Under the pieces are notes generated by a model. It saw only the letters and a program-made list of their open reading frames with translations, was not told where the DNA came from and searched no databases. 38,132 nt of DNA, from IMG/VR virus record IMGVR_UViG_3300014208_000082, positions 1 to 38,132 of that record; one strand, 5' to 3'. Below are positions 17,931-27,299 of this stretch, in pieces. Each line of letters starts with the position of its first letter. Position 1 is the first letter of the stretch. The translations under genes were made by a program, and so were the position numbers. The DNA comes from a virus. Its lineage: Duplodnaviria; Caudoviricetes.

Positions 17931-18713
17931 ATGGCAACACCACAATTACAAAAAGAAATAAATGCAGCATATTTTAATGCCTTTGGTCGCAATGCTAATG
18001 CTGGGGAAATGAAATATTACGGTGAACGTGGTATGAATCTGTTAAACAAAAACCTAAGGGCTGATAAACATGCAAAAGGAGTATTCGAACAATATAGAAA
18101 AGATAAAGCAAACCCAGTAGCACCAGTAGATCCAAATCAGGCTCTTATAGATGCAATTACAAAATCGTTATACCCAGAAACCACCCCTCCTCCTTCTTTT
18201 GAAGATTCTGGTTTGTATAATGAAGCAGATATAATAGCTCAAGCTAATGCCGATTATCAGCCGACTTTTCTGACGGAACAACAAAAACTTCAGGCACAAC
18301 AACAGGATGCATTAAGAGGACTTAGCCAGACACAAGATGTAAACCAAAGGAATTTAGAAGAAGGTTATAATCAATCGTTAAAAGGTCTTACTGAACAACA
18401 GCAACAGCAAAAAAACAGTCAACTTTCCGATTATTATAATCGAGGTTTATCAAAGGCAGGGGCATTTCAAGGGGCGCAACAATATCTCGGACAAAATCAG
18501 GCCTATGACACAAATCTTCTAAACCAGGATAAAACCTACAAAACCAATTTATTTAATCAGAATAAGGCGTACGACACGAATTACCTAACAACGAATCAGG
18601 GTTATGATACTCAGGCTTTAGGACAGCAACAATTATCAACACTGGCAGGGGTAAAATCAAATGCTTACAATCAAGCATTTCAGCGTTATTTAGCACAATT
18701 TAACACAAAATAA
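17931..18713 (+). CDS. putative internal virion / ejection protein
   Basis: Gln/Asn-rich coiled coil; position after the tail genes. Confidence 0.6.
   Translation: MATPQLQKEINAAYFNAFGRNANAGEMKYYGERGMNLLNKNLRADKHAKGVFEQYRKDKANPVAPVDPNQALIDAITKSLYPETTPPPSFEDSGLYNEADIIAQANADYQPTFLTEQQKLQAQQQDALRGLSQTQDVNQRNLEEGYNQSLKGLTEQQQQQKNSQLSDYYNRGLSKAGAFQGAQQYLGQNQAYDTNLLNQDKTYKTNLFNQNKAYDTNYLTTNQGYDTQALGQQQLSTLAGVKSNAYNQAFQRYLAQFNTK
18496..18620 (+). repeat. degenerate 33-bp (11-aa) coding tandem repeat
   Basis: NQAYDTNLLNQ / DKTYKTNLFNQ / NKAYDTNYLTT / NQGYDTQAL. Confidence 0.65.
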
Positions 18714-19763
18714 ATGTATAAACTTACACCAAAGGATTGGTCGGAATTACAAAAGCAATACGACCCAAAAACACTTGAGGGTATGATTCAACGCAAGGGA
18801 AATGATATTTATTCAAATGGTCAGTCACCCAGTGATAATATGGGTATTCCTACTAGCGAACAACAATATAAAATTTATCAGGACAGTCAATCAAAATATC
18901 AGAAACAACAGACTGGTGGTGCTTCTTTTTTAGCGGCACTGAAATCAGCTTTAGCTGGTGCTGATACTCAAAATACAGCACTTAGAAATCAAGAAAAAGC
19001 ATTGACGGAACAACAATATTCCACACCTACTAAATATCGGGAAGATTTAATTGGTCAGGGAATTACCGACCCTTATAAACGACAGGCATTGTTAGATGCA
19101 AAACTGGGAGGACTGGCATCTAATTTAACAGGAGTGCAGGGAAAACTTTCTGACTTAGGCGGACAACGTGCTGATGTTTTGAATACTGCGGGCAAGGCAT
19201 ACGATGCGGAAACTGCGGCTTCATTACAACAGGTAAATAGCGCCGGTGATTTCTTCAGGTCATTACTAAGTGGGGAACAGGCAAATCAAGCACGGCTAGC
19301 GCAGGAAAAATTTGACTCTCGCATGGATCCGCTGACTATATTGCAAAAACAAGCGGAAATTGATGCTACTAATCGAAGCAATCGTGGGGGTAGTAGTGGG
19401 AGTAGTGGTACGAAAAATCGTATTCTAACCATTTTGGAAGCACAGAAATTTAATGTTCCTGTAGGAACTACTTTATATGATGTTATTGGTCAAGAAGTAC
19501 CCAGTGGAAATACGGCTAGTTATGAAAAATTTTTAAAAGATGCAAGTTTCCCTGATAATCAAAGTGTTGATACACGTAAGGTATATCAGGATTATCTTGA
19601 AGCACAGCAAATTATTAATCAAGATCCAACACAGTTTGATAAAATAATAAACGATCCTACCGCTGCTCCATTTTCATATCTACTTAAACCTAAAAGTCAG
19701 AATGACTTAATTAGTTTATTAAGTGGATTGCTCGGTGGTCAATCAGTAGATACTACTCAATAA
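18714..19763 (+). CDS. putative internal virion / ejection protein
   Basis: 349 aa helical, Q/A-rich, with a GGSSGSSG linker. Confidence 0.6.
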   Translation: MYKLTPKDWSELQKQYDPKTLEGMIQRKGNDIYSNGQSPSDNMGIPTSEQQYKIYQDSQSKYQKQQTGGASFLAALKSALAGADTQNTALRNQEKALTEQQYSTPTKYREDLIGQGITDPYKRQALLDAKLGGLASNLTGVQGKLSDLGGQRADVLNTAGKAYDAETAASLQQVNSAGDFFRSLLSGEQANQARLAQEKFDSRMDPLTILQKQAEIDATNRSNRGGSSGSSGTKNRILTILEAQKFNVPVGTTLYDVIGQEVPSGNTASYEKFLKDASFPDNQSVDTRKVYQDYLEAQQIINQDPTQFDKIINDPTAAPFSYLLKPKSQNDLISLLSGLLGGQSVDTTQ

Positions 19764-19764
19764 T

Positions 19765-22700
19765 ATGGGATATTTTCGAGACAAGTATGGTAGTAAAACT
19801 ATACCTGCACAGGAAAATCAATCTGTTCAGCCTATTCAGTATGAACAAAAACAGTCTAGGATTGGGGTTGGAGATATTGTAAAAGAAGTACCAGGAGCAG
19901 TAGCAAAAATAGGAAAAGGACTCGCTAATTTTTTTACCCAAAGCGAACAAAATCTCGGGAAATCTTTAGGTCAGTCTTTATTTGTTATGACGGGAGGGAA
20001 AAAAAAGATTGATGAAATTACAAAACAAAACATGGATACTGGTGATGCTATGTTAAAACTAGCAAACCAACAGACGGATATTAAAAGAAAAGTTAATTAT
20101 ATCAATCAGGCAAATGAGGCGTATAAAGCCGCCGGCTCTACATCGGAAGATGTAATGGGGCATATTAGAAGCAATAAACAAATACTTGGTGATTCCGCTG
20201 GAGTATTACTTGATGCGCTTTCTTTTGGTACTTATGGGAAGGCTGCAACGGCTATGAAATCGGGACAACTTTCAAAAGCCATGCCAACTGTTTTAGGAGC
20301 TAGCAAAAAAATACCAACAACTTTTGGCAAGGGGTTTATGGAGGGTGCAAAATCTTCGGCTAAAATATCTACTCCTATTGGTGCGGCTTATGGCGTATCC
20401 CAGGGAATGCAAGATGACAAAAATCTTGGTGGTATTGTTAAAAGTGGAGTTATTGGTGGAGTCAGTGGTTTGGGATTGGGTAGTTTGCTTGGTGGAGTTA
20501 CCGGAGGATTATCAGCAAAAGCTAATGTAAATAAGATAACTGAAAAAGCTCAGAATGTCGGGACATATACTGGTGGAGTTACCGTACCCAAATCACAGAG
20601 ACAGATTTTAGATAATATGGTTTTGGACGAGTCGTTAGCAAAAAATAAATTAAGAGATATTGCCGGAAAAGTTGATAAAATTCTTGGTAAAAAAATATCT
20701 GTTGGCGTAGCTCAAACAGAATTAAGTAATAAAATTCTTAAAGTAAACACGAAAAAAATTGATAGTGCAGGACAATTTTTTGATGAAGTTGCAAAGATTA
20801 TAAAATCTGATCCAAATTATAAACCCGCCATGCTTGGGGACTCTGGATTAAAAAGCACTATTCAGGATATATTTCTTTTAGAAAAAAACGGCATAAATGT
20901 ATATACGCCTGCAAAAGAAATTGGGACTAATAAGAACGTTGATGCTATACAGGCCCTCCAAACAAAAAAGCCGTCCCTATTATCGTCCCAACCACAATTA
21001 ACCCCGAAAGAATTCCCGATGCAATCAGGGCTAGTATCAGGGCAAAAATTACAATTACCTTCTTCAAAGTCTTCATATACTGGGAACCTAGCACAGAATG
21101 GTAAAACTGTCAATAACGTAAAGAGTGCAATACTTAATAATAAATTAAGGCAACGAGGATTCGCATCTTCCGTACAAGAAGCTCAAAATATTAGCGGAAA
21201 AACTAAAGTAAATGTTTCCGGTGGATATGTACCAAAATCTAACGATACTTTAATGGGAGAGGCAAAAGCGCTTTTAGTGGAAGGTGTTAAGGTTGATTTA
21301 AATAAAGTACAAAACGCCGATAAAAAAATTGCAGCCGCAATGCAGGAAGCTATTAATCTGGATAAGTTAGGGAATCACGAACCGGCTGCAAACTTATATA
21401 ATAATATTTCCAAAGCATTAACAGAACACGGAAGAGCAATACAAGCTGCGTCAATGTTAGATAAAATGAGTCCGGAGGCTATCTCACTATCTGCGGCTGG
21501 TAATATCCGTAGATTCAACCTAACAGCAAAAGTTAAGATTCCTGAATTAACCGGAACACAACAGGAATTTATCAGTAATTCAATTAAAAAAATACAAAGT
21601 GTTCCTGTTGGTAGGGAAAGAAACCTTCTAATAAACAAACTAGATAATTCATTAAAAGATTTTATACCTTCTACGTTTGTAGATAAGGCGATTACTGCAT
21701 GGAAAGCTGGGTTGCTTTCTTCGCTCCGAACACACGAAAGAAATATAATTGGCAACACTGTACACGGAATTGCTGAAGTGGTAAAAGATGCTCCTGCGGC
21801 ATTGAATGATATAATAATTTCGTCTCTTAAGAGAACACCTAGATCAAAATCATTTACCCTCAAGACTGGTGGGGGAATAAAAAAGGGTATTCAATCTTCA
21901 AAGGATATGCTTCTTCATGGATTTGATCCAGAGCAAACTATGAGAAAATTAGATATTGGTAAACATACTACATGGGCAAATACTCCTATACAACAAGGTC
22001 TCAAAAAAGCAACAAATATTATTTTTAGATCATTAGGTGCGGAAGATAAAATATTTTATCACACTGCTTTTGGACACTCTTTACAAGAACAAGCAAATAC
22101 GGCGGCAATTAATGCTGGAAAGCGTGGAAATAAAACTTTCATTAATAATTTAATTAAAAATGCTACTGATGATATGAAGTCTATTGCCACAAATGATGCC
22201 GCAACTGCCGTATTCCAAAATAAGAATATATTAAGAGACTTAGCATCTTCGGCAAAAAGAACTTTAAGTAAAAATGAATATGCAAAATTTGCTGGTGATT
22301 TCTTAATGCCATTCACGGGAGTTCCCTCATCTATTGCTGGACAATTGGTTGCTTATTCTCCCATTGGACTGACACAGGGATTAATTAATGATGCTAAAGT
22401 GCTTTTCAGTAAATCAGCCAACCCCGTTTTACAACGCGCGGCTGCTCAACAAGCTGGACGTGGAACAATAGGGATAGCAATTCTAGCCGCTGGTGCATAT
22501 TTAGCTAAAAAAGGACTCATATCAGGCGAACCTAAAGATGAAACTGAAACCCGTCAATGGGAATTAGAAGGCAAACCCCGTAATTCAATTATGCTTTTGG
22601 GTAAATGGCGTTCTATAAATTCTGTCGGTCCGGAAGCCATTATCCTTCTTGCCGGAGGTGAGTGGAGTCGCCAAAATAAAGGAAAAGGAAATCCTTTTAC

Positions 22701-23364
22701 CGATAAAGTATTAAATACTGGTGGATATTTAGGTAAAGCATTTACTAACCAAACATTTTTATCGGGTATTCAACAACCACTGGCTGTCTTAACTGATCCA
22801 GTAAAAAATAAACCATCACGATTTGTCGGGAGTGAGTTGGGTTCATTTATTCCAAATATAGTAAAAGATACGGCAAAAGTATTTGACCCATATCAGAGAG
22901 AATCTAACGGGATTATGGATACAATTCAATCATCTATACCTTTTTTACGAAATAAATTATTACCAAAGCGAGATGTCTTGGGTAAGATTATTCCTAATCA
23001 ACTTACTGGCGTGTTACCATTTGTCGATCTTTTTAATTCACAGAAACCGGTAGATAATCCGGTGGTGAATGAATTAAAAAGATTATATGACATGGGGTTA
23101 AGTGCAACACCTTCAAAACTTTCACCTAATCAGACTTTGTTAGGACAGAAGATTATTCTAAACCCCCAATTACTTGATCAGTTAGAATCTCAAAGTGGTG
23201 GTAAAATCAGTTTTGTATTGGATAAATTAGTTACCAGTAAAGAATATCAAATGGCTTCTGACGAGACAAAAAAGAAATATATTGATACCATAGTAGATGC
23301 TGTACGCAAAGGAACAAAACAGAACCAACTCATGCCTATTTTACAGAACGCATTAAAAAAATAA
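19765..23364 (+). CDS. large internal virion / DNA ejection protein
   Basis: 1199 aa, Gly-rich hydrophobic segment, helical C-terminal domain typical of the largest podophage ejection protein. Confidence 0.7.
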   Translation: MGYFRDKYGSKTIPAQENQSVQPIQYEQKQSRIGVGDIVKEVPGAVAKIGKGLANFFTQSEQNLGKSLGQSLFVMTGGKKKIDEITKQNMDTGDAMLKLANQQTDIKRKVNYINQANEAYKAAGSTSEDVMGHIRSNKQILGDSAGVLLDALSFGTYGKAATAMKSGQLSKAMPTVLGASKKIPTTFGKGFMEGAKSSAKISTPIGAAYGVSQGMQDDKNLGGIVKSGVIGGVSGLGLGSLLGGVTGGLSAKANVNKITEKAQNVGTYTGGVTVPKSQRQILDNMVLDESLAKNKLRDIAGKVDKILGKKISVGVAQTELSNKILKVNTKKIDSAGQFFDEVAKIIKSDPNYKPAMLGDSGLKSTIQDIFLLEKNGINVYTPAKEIGTNKNVDAIQALQTKKPSLLSSQPQLTPKEFPMQSGLVSGQKLQLPSSKSSYTGNLAQNGKTVNNVKSAILNNKLRQRGFASSVQEAQNISGKTKVNVSGGYVPKSNDTLMGEAKALLVEGVKVDLNKVQNADKKIAAAMQEAINLDKLGNHEPAANLYNNISKALTEHGRAIQAASMLDKMSPEAISLSAAGNIRRFNLTAKVKIPELTGTQQEFISNSIKKIQSVPVGRERNLLINKLDNSLKDFIPSTFVDKAITAWKAGLLSSLRTHERNIIGNTVHGIAEVVKDAPAALNDIIISSLKRTPRSKSFTLKTGGGIKKGIQSSKDMLLHGFDPEQTMRKLDIGKHTTWANTPIQQGLKKATNIIFRSLGAEDKIFYHTAFGHSLQEQANTAAINAGKRGNKTFINNLIKNATDDMKSIATNDAATAVFQNKNILRDLASSAKRTLSKNEYAKFAGDFLMPFTGVPSSIAGQLVAYSPIGLTQGLINDAKVLFSKSANPVLQRAAAQQAGRGTIGIAILAAGAYLAKKGLISGEPKDETETRQWELEGKPRNSIMLLGKWRSINSVGPEAIILLAGGEWSRQNKGKGNPFTDKVLNTGGYLGKAFTNQTFLSGIQQPLAVLTDPVKNKPSRFVGSELGSFIPNIVKDTAKVFDPYQRESNGIMDTIQSSIPFLRNKLLPKRDVLGKIIPNQLTGVLPFVDLFNSQKPVDNPVVNELKRLYDMGLSATPSKLSPNQTLLGQKIILNPQLLDQLESQSGGKISFVLDKLVTSKEYQMASDETKKKYIDTIVDAVRKGTKQNQLMPILQNALKK

Positions 23365-23368
23365 GTCG

Positions 23369-23773
23369 ATGGCACACGAAGTAGAAATAACATCACCTAG
23401 TAATCAAACTAAAACAATACTTGGTGCAAACAGTTCAAATGAAACTAGGGTTATAAGGACAAATAATGCTGGTCAGCTTGAGATTAATGATAAATATGTT
23501 CTACCACTCGCAACAAATGTTTCATCTACTCTAACTTTAACTTCAGCTTCAACCGCTTATCAGATTACAGAACCGACTTCAGCATTCCTAATAACCTACT
23601 GCAATAATTCAGATGCAGATATGTTCTGGGGATTTGCAACTTTAACTACTGGTGGGATATTACTCGCTAAAAGTGGCGGAGTAGTAACCTTAAAATGTGC
23701 GGCTAATGCTTCTCCTTTTTTCTATTGTGCTTCCGCAGGTAAGGTGCTTAATTACACTACAACCGTAATTTAA
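23369..23773 (+). CDS. hypothetical beta-rich protein, first gene of the nucleotidyltransferase cassette
   Basis: 134 aa Thr/Ser-rich; TAATG-coupled to the next gene. Confidence 0.7.
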   Translation: MAHEVEITSPSNQTKTILGANSSNETRVIRTNNAGQLEINDKYVLPLATNVSSTLTLTSASTAYQITEPTSAFLITYCNNSDADMFWGFATLTTGGILLAKSGGVVTLKCAANASPFFYCASAGKVLNYTTTVI

Positions 23774-24411
23774 TGAAACACCCTAAATTCAGAGTAAAAA
23801 GCGTATTAGACCTAGACAAATCAGTTCTTGATGAATTAGAAGAAGTTTTAGTTGGTGTAGTAAAGCTAATCCCCTATCCGCTAAAAGATTACGTTAAGGA
23901 TATTGAGATAGTTGGTTCATACGCAAATGGCTGCGCAGGATTACACTCGGACTTTGACATCGCAATTCCTATGGTAGATTGGAACGCTCAAATGCTATTA
24001 CGTAGAGATTTATATGGACCGAACAAAGAACTCGCTTCAGGTATTAGGATTTTATGTAATGAGTATGAAGAAAAGTATCAGATTAAATTTGATGTGAACC
24101 CAGTAATCCCCGACAACAAAGAAAACAAAACATACGCTACCTTTTCCTTATATGAAAGAAAACTCTACAACAAACCTGCTGGCCTGAATAAGAGGTGGTT
24201 AAAGATGATGCCTTATATTCAGAGGTATGTTCTGACCGATTACGAACTTGATGGAGTGCCAGTAGATAATATGAGGGAAACCAGAGTATTTGCCTCGCCT
24301 AAGAGTTTTACAGTAGATGATTTTACTGGAGAGGTTGCTAAATGGCGAGAGATTTATGGAGATAAGTTTATTGAGTATAAAACATTACCTAATGGATTTT
24401 TAAGTGAATGA
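23773..24411 (+). CDS. Pol-beta superfamily nucleotidyltransferase
   Basis: IEIVGSYANGCAGLHSDFDIAI (hGS-x10-DxD) with a candidate third Asp in KFDVN. Confidence 0.8.
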   Translation: MKHPKFRVKSVLDLDKSVLDELEEVLVGVVKLIPYPLKDYVKDIEIVGSYANGCAGLHSDFDIAIPMVDWNAQMLLRRDLYGPNKELASGIRILCNEYEEKYQIKFDVNPVIPDNKENKTYATFSLYERKLYNKPAGLNKRWLKMMPYIQRYVLTDYELDGVPVDNMRETRVFASPKSFTVDDFTGEVAKWREIYGDKFIEYKTLPNGFLSE

Positions 24412-25046
24412 TAGTAACTACACTACCACAAGATATTCAAGAGATAAAAGTCATTTCTATCAAAGATTTGATTCGTGTTCTGCCTGAAACGATTGAGTAT
24501 AAAGTGAATGTTTGGATAGCGGATAAACTTGCCCGATACGGACTTACGACAGAGAACCTGATCTTCCTAGCAGAATGTGATGAGCCGTCAGTAGAGATGA
24601 GAGAATATTTTAATAAATTAGTAGAACCGCTCGGAATAAACGCAACGGTCAGGGGTGATTGGAAGAATAGGGAGTGGAGTGCTATACGACTTTACAACGA
24701 AGGCTCTTTAATAATAGATAAGAAAACGATGGCGTATAAGTGTTTACCTACACCTGTTCACACAGCTCCGATAATTACTTTAGATGATTTGAAATCAATC
24801 TTACCAGAAGAAATACCATTTAAGGAAACCTTGCATCTTACTGGCGGACTGGTTAAGAACGGATTTACTTGCAATGATGTGGACTTCCTAGCGTTTGATG
24901 TAGAGGATAAAACCTTACTTGGTGAAATGGCGGATTACTTTACGGAAACTCTTGGAATTAAAACAGATGTCGGGAATAAGATAATGCCAGAGCGTGAGCC
25001 TGTTTACTGCTATAAAATGTATGAGGGGGGCAAATGCCTACAGTAA
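24408..25046 (+). CDS. tandem minimal nucleotidyltransferase-fold protein (inactive + active-looking domains)
   Basis: Internal duplication; second copy has LTGGLVKNGFTCNDVDF and KTDV. Confidence 0.65.
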   Translation: MIVTTLPQDIQEIKVISIKDLIRVLPETIEYKVNVWIADKLARYGLTTENLIFLAECDEPSVEMREYFNKLVEPLGINATVRGDWKNREWSAIRLYNEGSLIIDKKTMAYKCLPTPVHTAPIITLDDLKSILPEEIPFKETLHLTGGLVKNGFTCNDVDFLAFDVEDKTLLGEMADYFTETLGIKTDVGNKIMPEREPVYCYKMYEGGKCLQ

Positions 25047-26200
25047 CAATATACGCAACCAAACAAGCTAGTGTTAATGAGGTTGATCCTACTCAAAATT
25101 ATTCGGGTAATGACTATCTAAATGTCGGAGATGACTACTTTGTTGGTGGACAGAATTATCACAGTTGGCTAGGATTTGACCTTTCAGCACTCGCAGGAAA
25201 GCAGATAGACGATGCAGTTTTATACATCCATCCATTCTTTGCAGGTTCATTTTCATACGCAGGTGGAAGTTTGAATGTTCAGAAGTGTACGGATAATTCG
25301 TGGACTGAGGCAGGGATTACTTGGAACAACGCACCGAACGCAAGCGTCGGTATTGAAAAGTTTGGAATCAGTGTTACAGGTTCAGATACAGTAAAAACTT
25401 TTACAGTAACAGGACAAGTCCAAGATTCTGTGGCTAGTGGTGGAATTACCTATCGGGTAAAACCTTCAGTTGAAGATGGAGATACAGAAGCCTACCTTTC
25501 ATCATCAGTTTATTCAGCAACAGTAGGTGCTAAACTCGTAGTTACTTACGATGACACCGCAACAGTTGAAGGATTTATAGACGTTCCTACTACGGAAGAT
25601 GGATACATCTACGGAACTTATGATGGCAGTTCTACTGGCATCACAGTATTCAAGACTGGAAACACAATATTATTTGGTATGTCATCTTCAACTGGAGTAG
25701 ATGTTGACCAAATGTTCCTGATGTGGGATACGTCAACTGCAAACCTTACTTCACTAGGACTTCCTGCAGGTGCGACAATAACTTCCCACGCTTGGAGAGT
25801 ATATGTTTCTGAAGCAGAACAAGGACCGACTGGGATAAGTTATGCTTATTGGAGAGCTTGGGCAGGTGAATTAGGAGATACAATAGACCTTACAGATTGG
25901 GATGCACCTGGAATGTCCACGCCTGGAAATAGAACTTTTAATAGTGTTGGTTGGACAGAGCATCCATTAGTATCAATAAATAGTAGTGGTATTTCTGCTA
26001 TTGCTATTGTGCCAGCAAACTGTAACTCAACTTCTCATTATGTGACAGTTCACTCCTCAAGAAATTCAAGCGGTAACGCTCCAGTGTTAAGGATTTATTA
26101 CAGTTACACGCCTTCTACTACTAGACCTAAACAGTTTTCACTAGCACCAGACTTAATAAGGTTTGGGAGTGAAGATAATAATAAACTTATAAGATTATGA
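25034..26200 (+). CDS. DNRLRE/CBM96-like beta-sandwich protein (two domains), probably virion surface
   Basis: PTQNYSG, SWLGFDLS, AVLYI, WTEAGITWNNAP, KLVVTY; second repeat ends PVLRIYY. Confidence 0.75.
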   Translation: MPTVTIYATKQASVNEVDPTQNYSGNDYLNVGDDYFVGGQNYHSWLGFDLSALAGKQIDDAVLYIHPFFAGSFSYAGGSLNVQKCTDNSWTEAGITWNNAPNASVGIEKFGISVTGSDTVKTFTVTGQVQDSVASGGITYRVKPSVEDGDTEAYLSSSVYSATVGAKLVVTYDDTATVEGFIDVPTTEDGYIYGTYDGSSTGITVFKTGNTILFGMSSSTGVDVDQMFLMWDTSTANLTSLGLPAGATITSHAWRVYVSEAEQGPTGISYAYWRAWAGELGDTIDLTDWDAPGMSTPGNRTFNSVGWTEHPLVSINSSGISAIAIVPANCNSTSHYVTVHSSRNSSGNAPVLRIYYSYTPSTTRPKQFSLAPDLIRFGSEDNNKLIRL

Positions 26201-26268
26201 AAAAGAAAAAACCAACACCACCTAGACCAGAACCTATCCCAGTACCAGAACCCCAACCAATAGAATAA
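26197..26268 (+). CDS. 23 aa Pro-rich peptide
   Basis: MKKKKPTPPRPEPIPVPEPQPIE; ATGA overlap with the upstream stop. Confidence 0.4.
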   Translation: MKKKKPTPPRPEPIPVPEPQPIE

Positions 26269-26285
26269 TAATTAATTAATAGATC

Positions 26286-26555
26286 ATGGAAGAAAATAAG
26301 CAGAATAGATTGATGGAGTTTTTGAATGATGCGAAAGTCGTAGTGTATTTTATGGCCGGGATAATTGGTTTCTTTGTTTGGATTAATGTTCAGCTTGTCG
26401 GAATACAGAAGGATATAAACATAATTCAAAATAATCATTTAGCTCATATACAGACTGCACTCGATCAACACAATAAACAATTTGAAGATGTTCAAGAAAC
26501 TATCGTGCAAATATTAATAGAATTAGAACGTCACGATACGCAACTTAATCCTTAA
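26286..26555 (+). CDS. single-TM coiled-coil protein (holin/lysis accessory-like)
   Basis: TM VVVYFMAGIIGFFVWINV followed by a coiled coil. Confidence 0.65.
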   Translation: MEENKQNRLMEFLNDAKVVVYFMAGIIGFFVWINVQLVGIQKDINIIQNNHLAHIQTALDQHNKQFEDVQETIVQILIELERHDTQLNP

Positions 26556-26564
26556 ATTAAATAT

Positions 26565-26774
26565 ATGCAAGATGATGAAGAGGCACTTATAGGAGTCTTA
26601 ACTAGTATAATCGTAGTTGGTTTCATACTCATATCAGCAGTAATCAAATGGATTGAGTGGCTATCAAACAGTATTGGATTCGTAGAGGTTATAGCCTGGT
26701 CAATAATAATAATAATGATTCTATCAGCAGCAAAGATGGCTCACTGGATTAGTAAGTGTAATCGTAAAAAATAG
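26565..26774 (+). CDS. two-TM membrane protein
   Basis: Two hydrophobic segments and a basic C-terminus. Confidence 0.55.
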   Translation: MQDDEEALIGVLTSIIVVGFILISAVIKWIEWLSNSIGFVEVIAWSIIIIMILSAAKMAHWISKCNRKK

Positions 26775-26782
26775 TTTCACAA

Positions 26783-27275
26783 ATAGTTCTTTGAAAACTA
26801 GGGACAAAATAAAGGAAAGAAAAGTATGGAAGAGTCAATAGAACGGACAGAATTGCAATCTGTTCAAGTTATACATTTACCAATTGATATGGATTATGAT
26901 GAATTATATTTTCCAGTAATCCACGGGCAGTTAAGAGATTTAATTGGTGATATACTCACGCAAATTGAATCAATGAATTTGCCAACACAAACAGAAAGAG
27001 CAAATAAGGCGATATTTACTCAGATGTGCTGGAGGTGGTGGAATAAAATTATGGAAAATTCTACAACTTCATCGCTAGCAAAAGATGGAAAACCTTGCAT
27101 CGCACCAATTAAAGTAGTTGATTGCGGTTGTAGAGGAAAAATTGGAGAAGATAATATAGAAGCATGCACACAATGTAATGTAGATGAGCGAATAAGATTA
27201 TCAAGAGTTGATAGTCACTCTGATACACCAATAAATAAATAAATAATAAATTGTCCCTAGTATTCAGAGAGTTAT
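26783..27275 (+). repeat. 25-nt imperfect inverted repeats enclosing ORF 26826-27242; left arm boxA-like
   Basis: ATAGTTCTTTGAAAACTAGGGACAA (26783-26807) pairs with TTGTCCCTAGTATTCAGAGAGTTAT (27251-27275), 1 mismatch and 3 G-U. Confidence 0.8.
26826..27242 (+). CDS. hypothetical protein
   Basis: 138 aa with AAGGA ribosome site; Cys-containing C-terminus. Confidence 0.7.
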   Translation: MEESIERTELQSVQVIHLPIDMDYDELYFPVIHGQLRDLIGDILTQIESMNLPTQTERANKAIFTQMCWRWWNKIMENSTTSSLAKDGKPCIAPIKVVDCGCRGKIGEDNIEACTQCNVDERIRLSRVDSHSDTPINK

Positions 27276-27299
27276 CGCTCGTTCACGAAATAAAAAATT

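Noticed and set aside
23773-25046. Classical MNT-HEPN toxin-antitoxin or CBASS system
   Set aside because: No HEPN (RxxxxH) partner or effector gene is adjacent, and the proteins are shorter than typical CD-NTases
15210-26200. Diversity-generating retroelement acting on tail or DNRLRE genes
   Set aside because: No reverse transcriptase and no template/variable repeat pair noticed by eye
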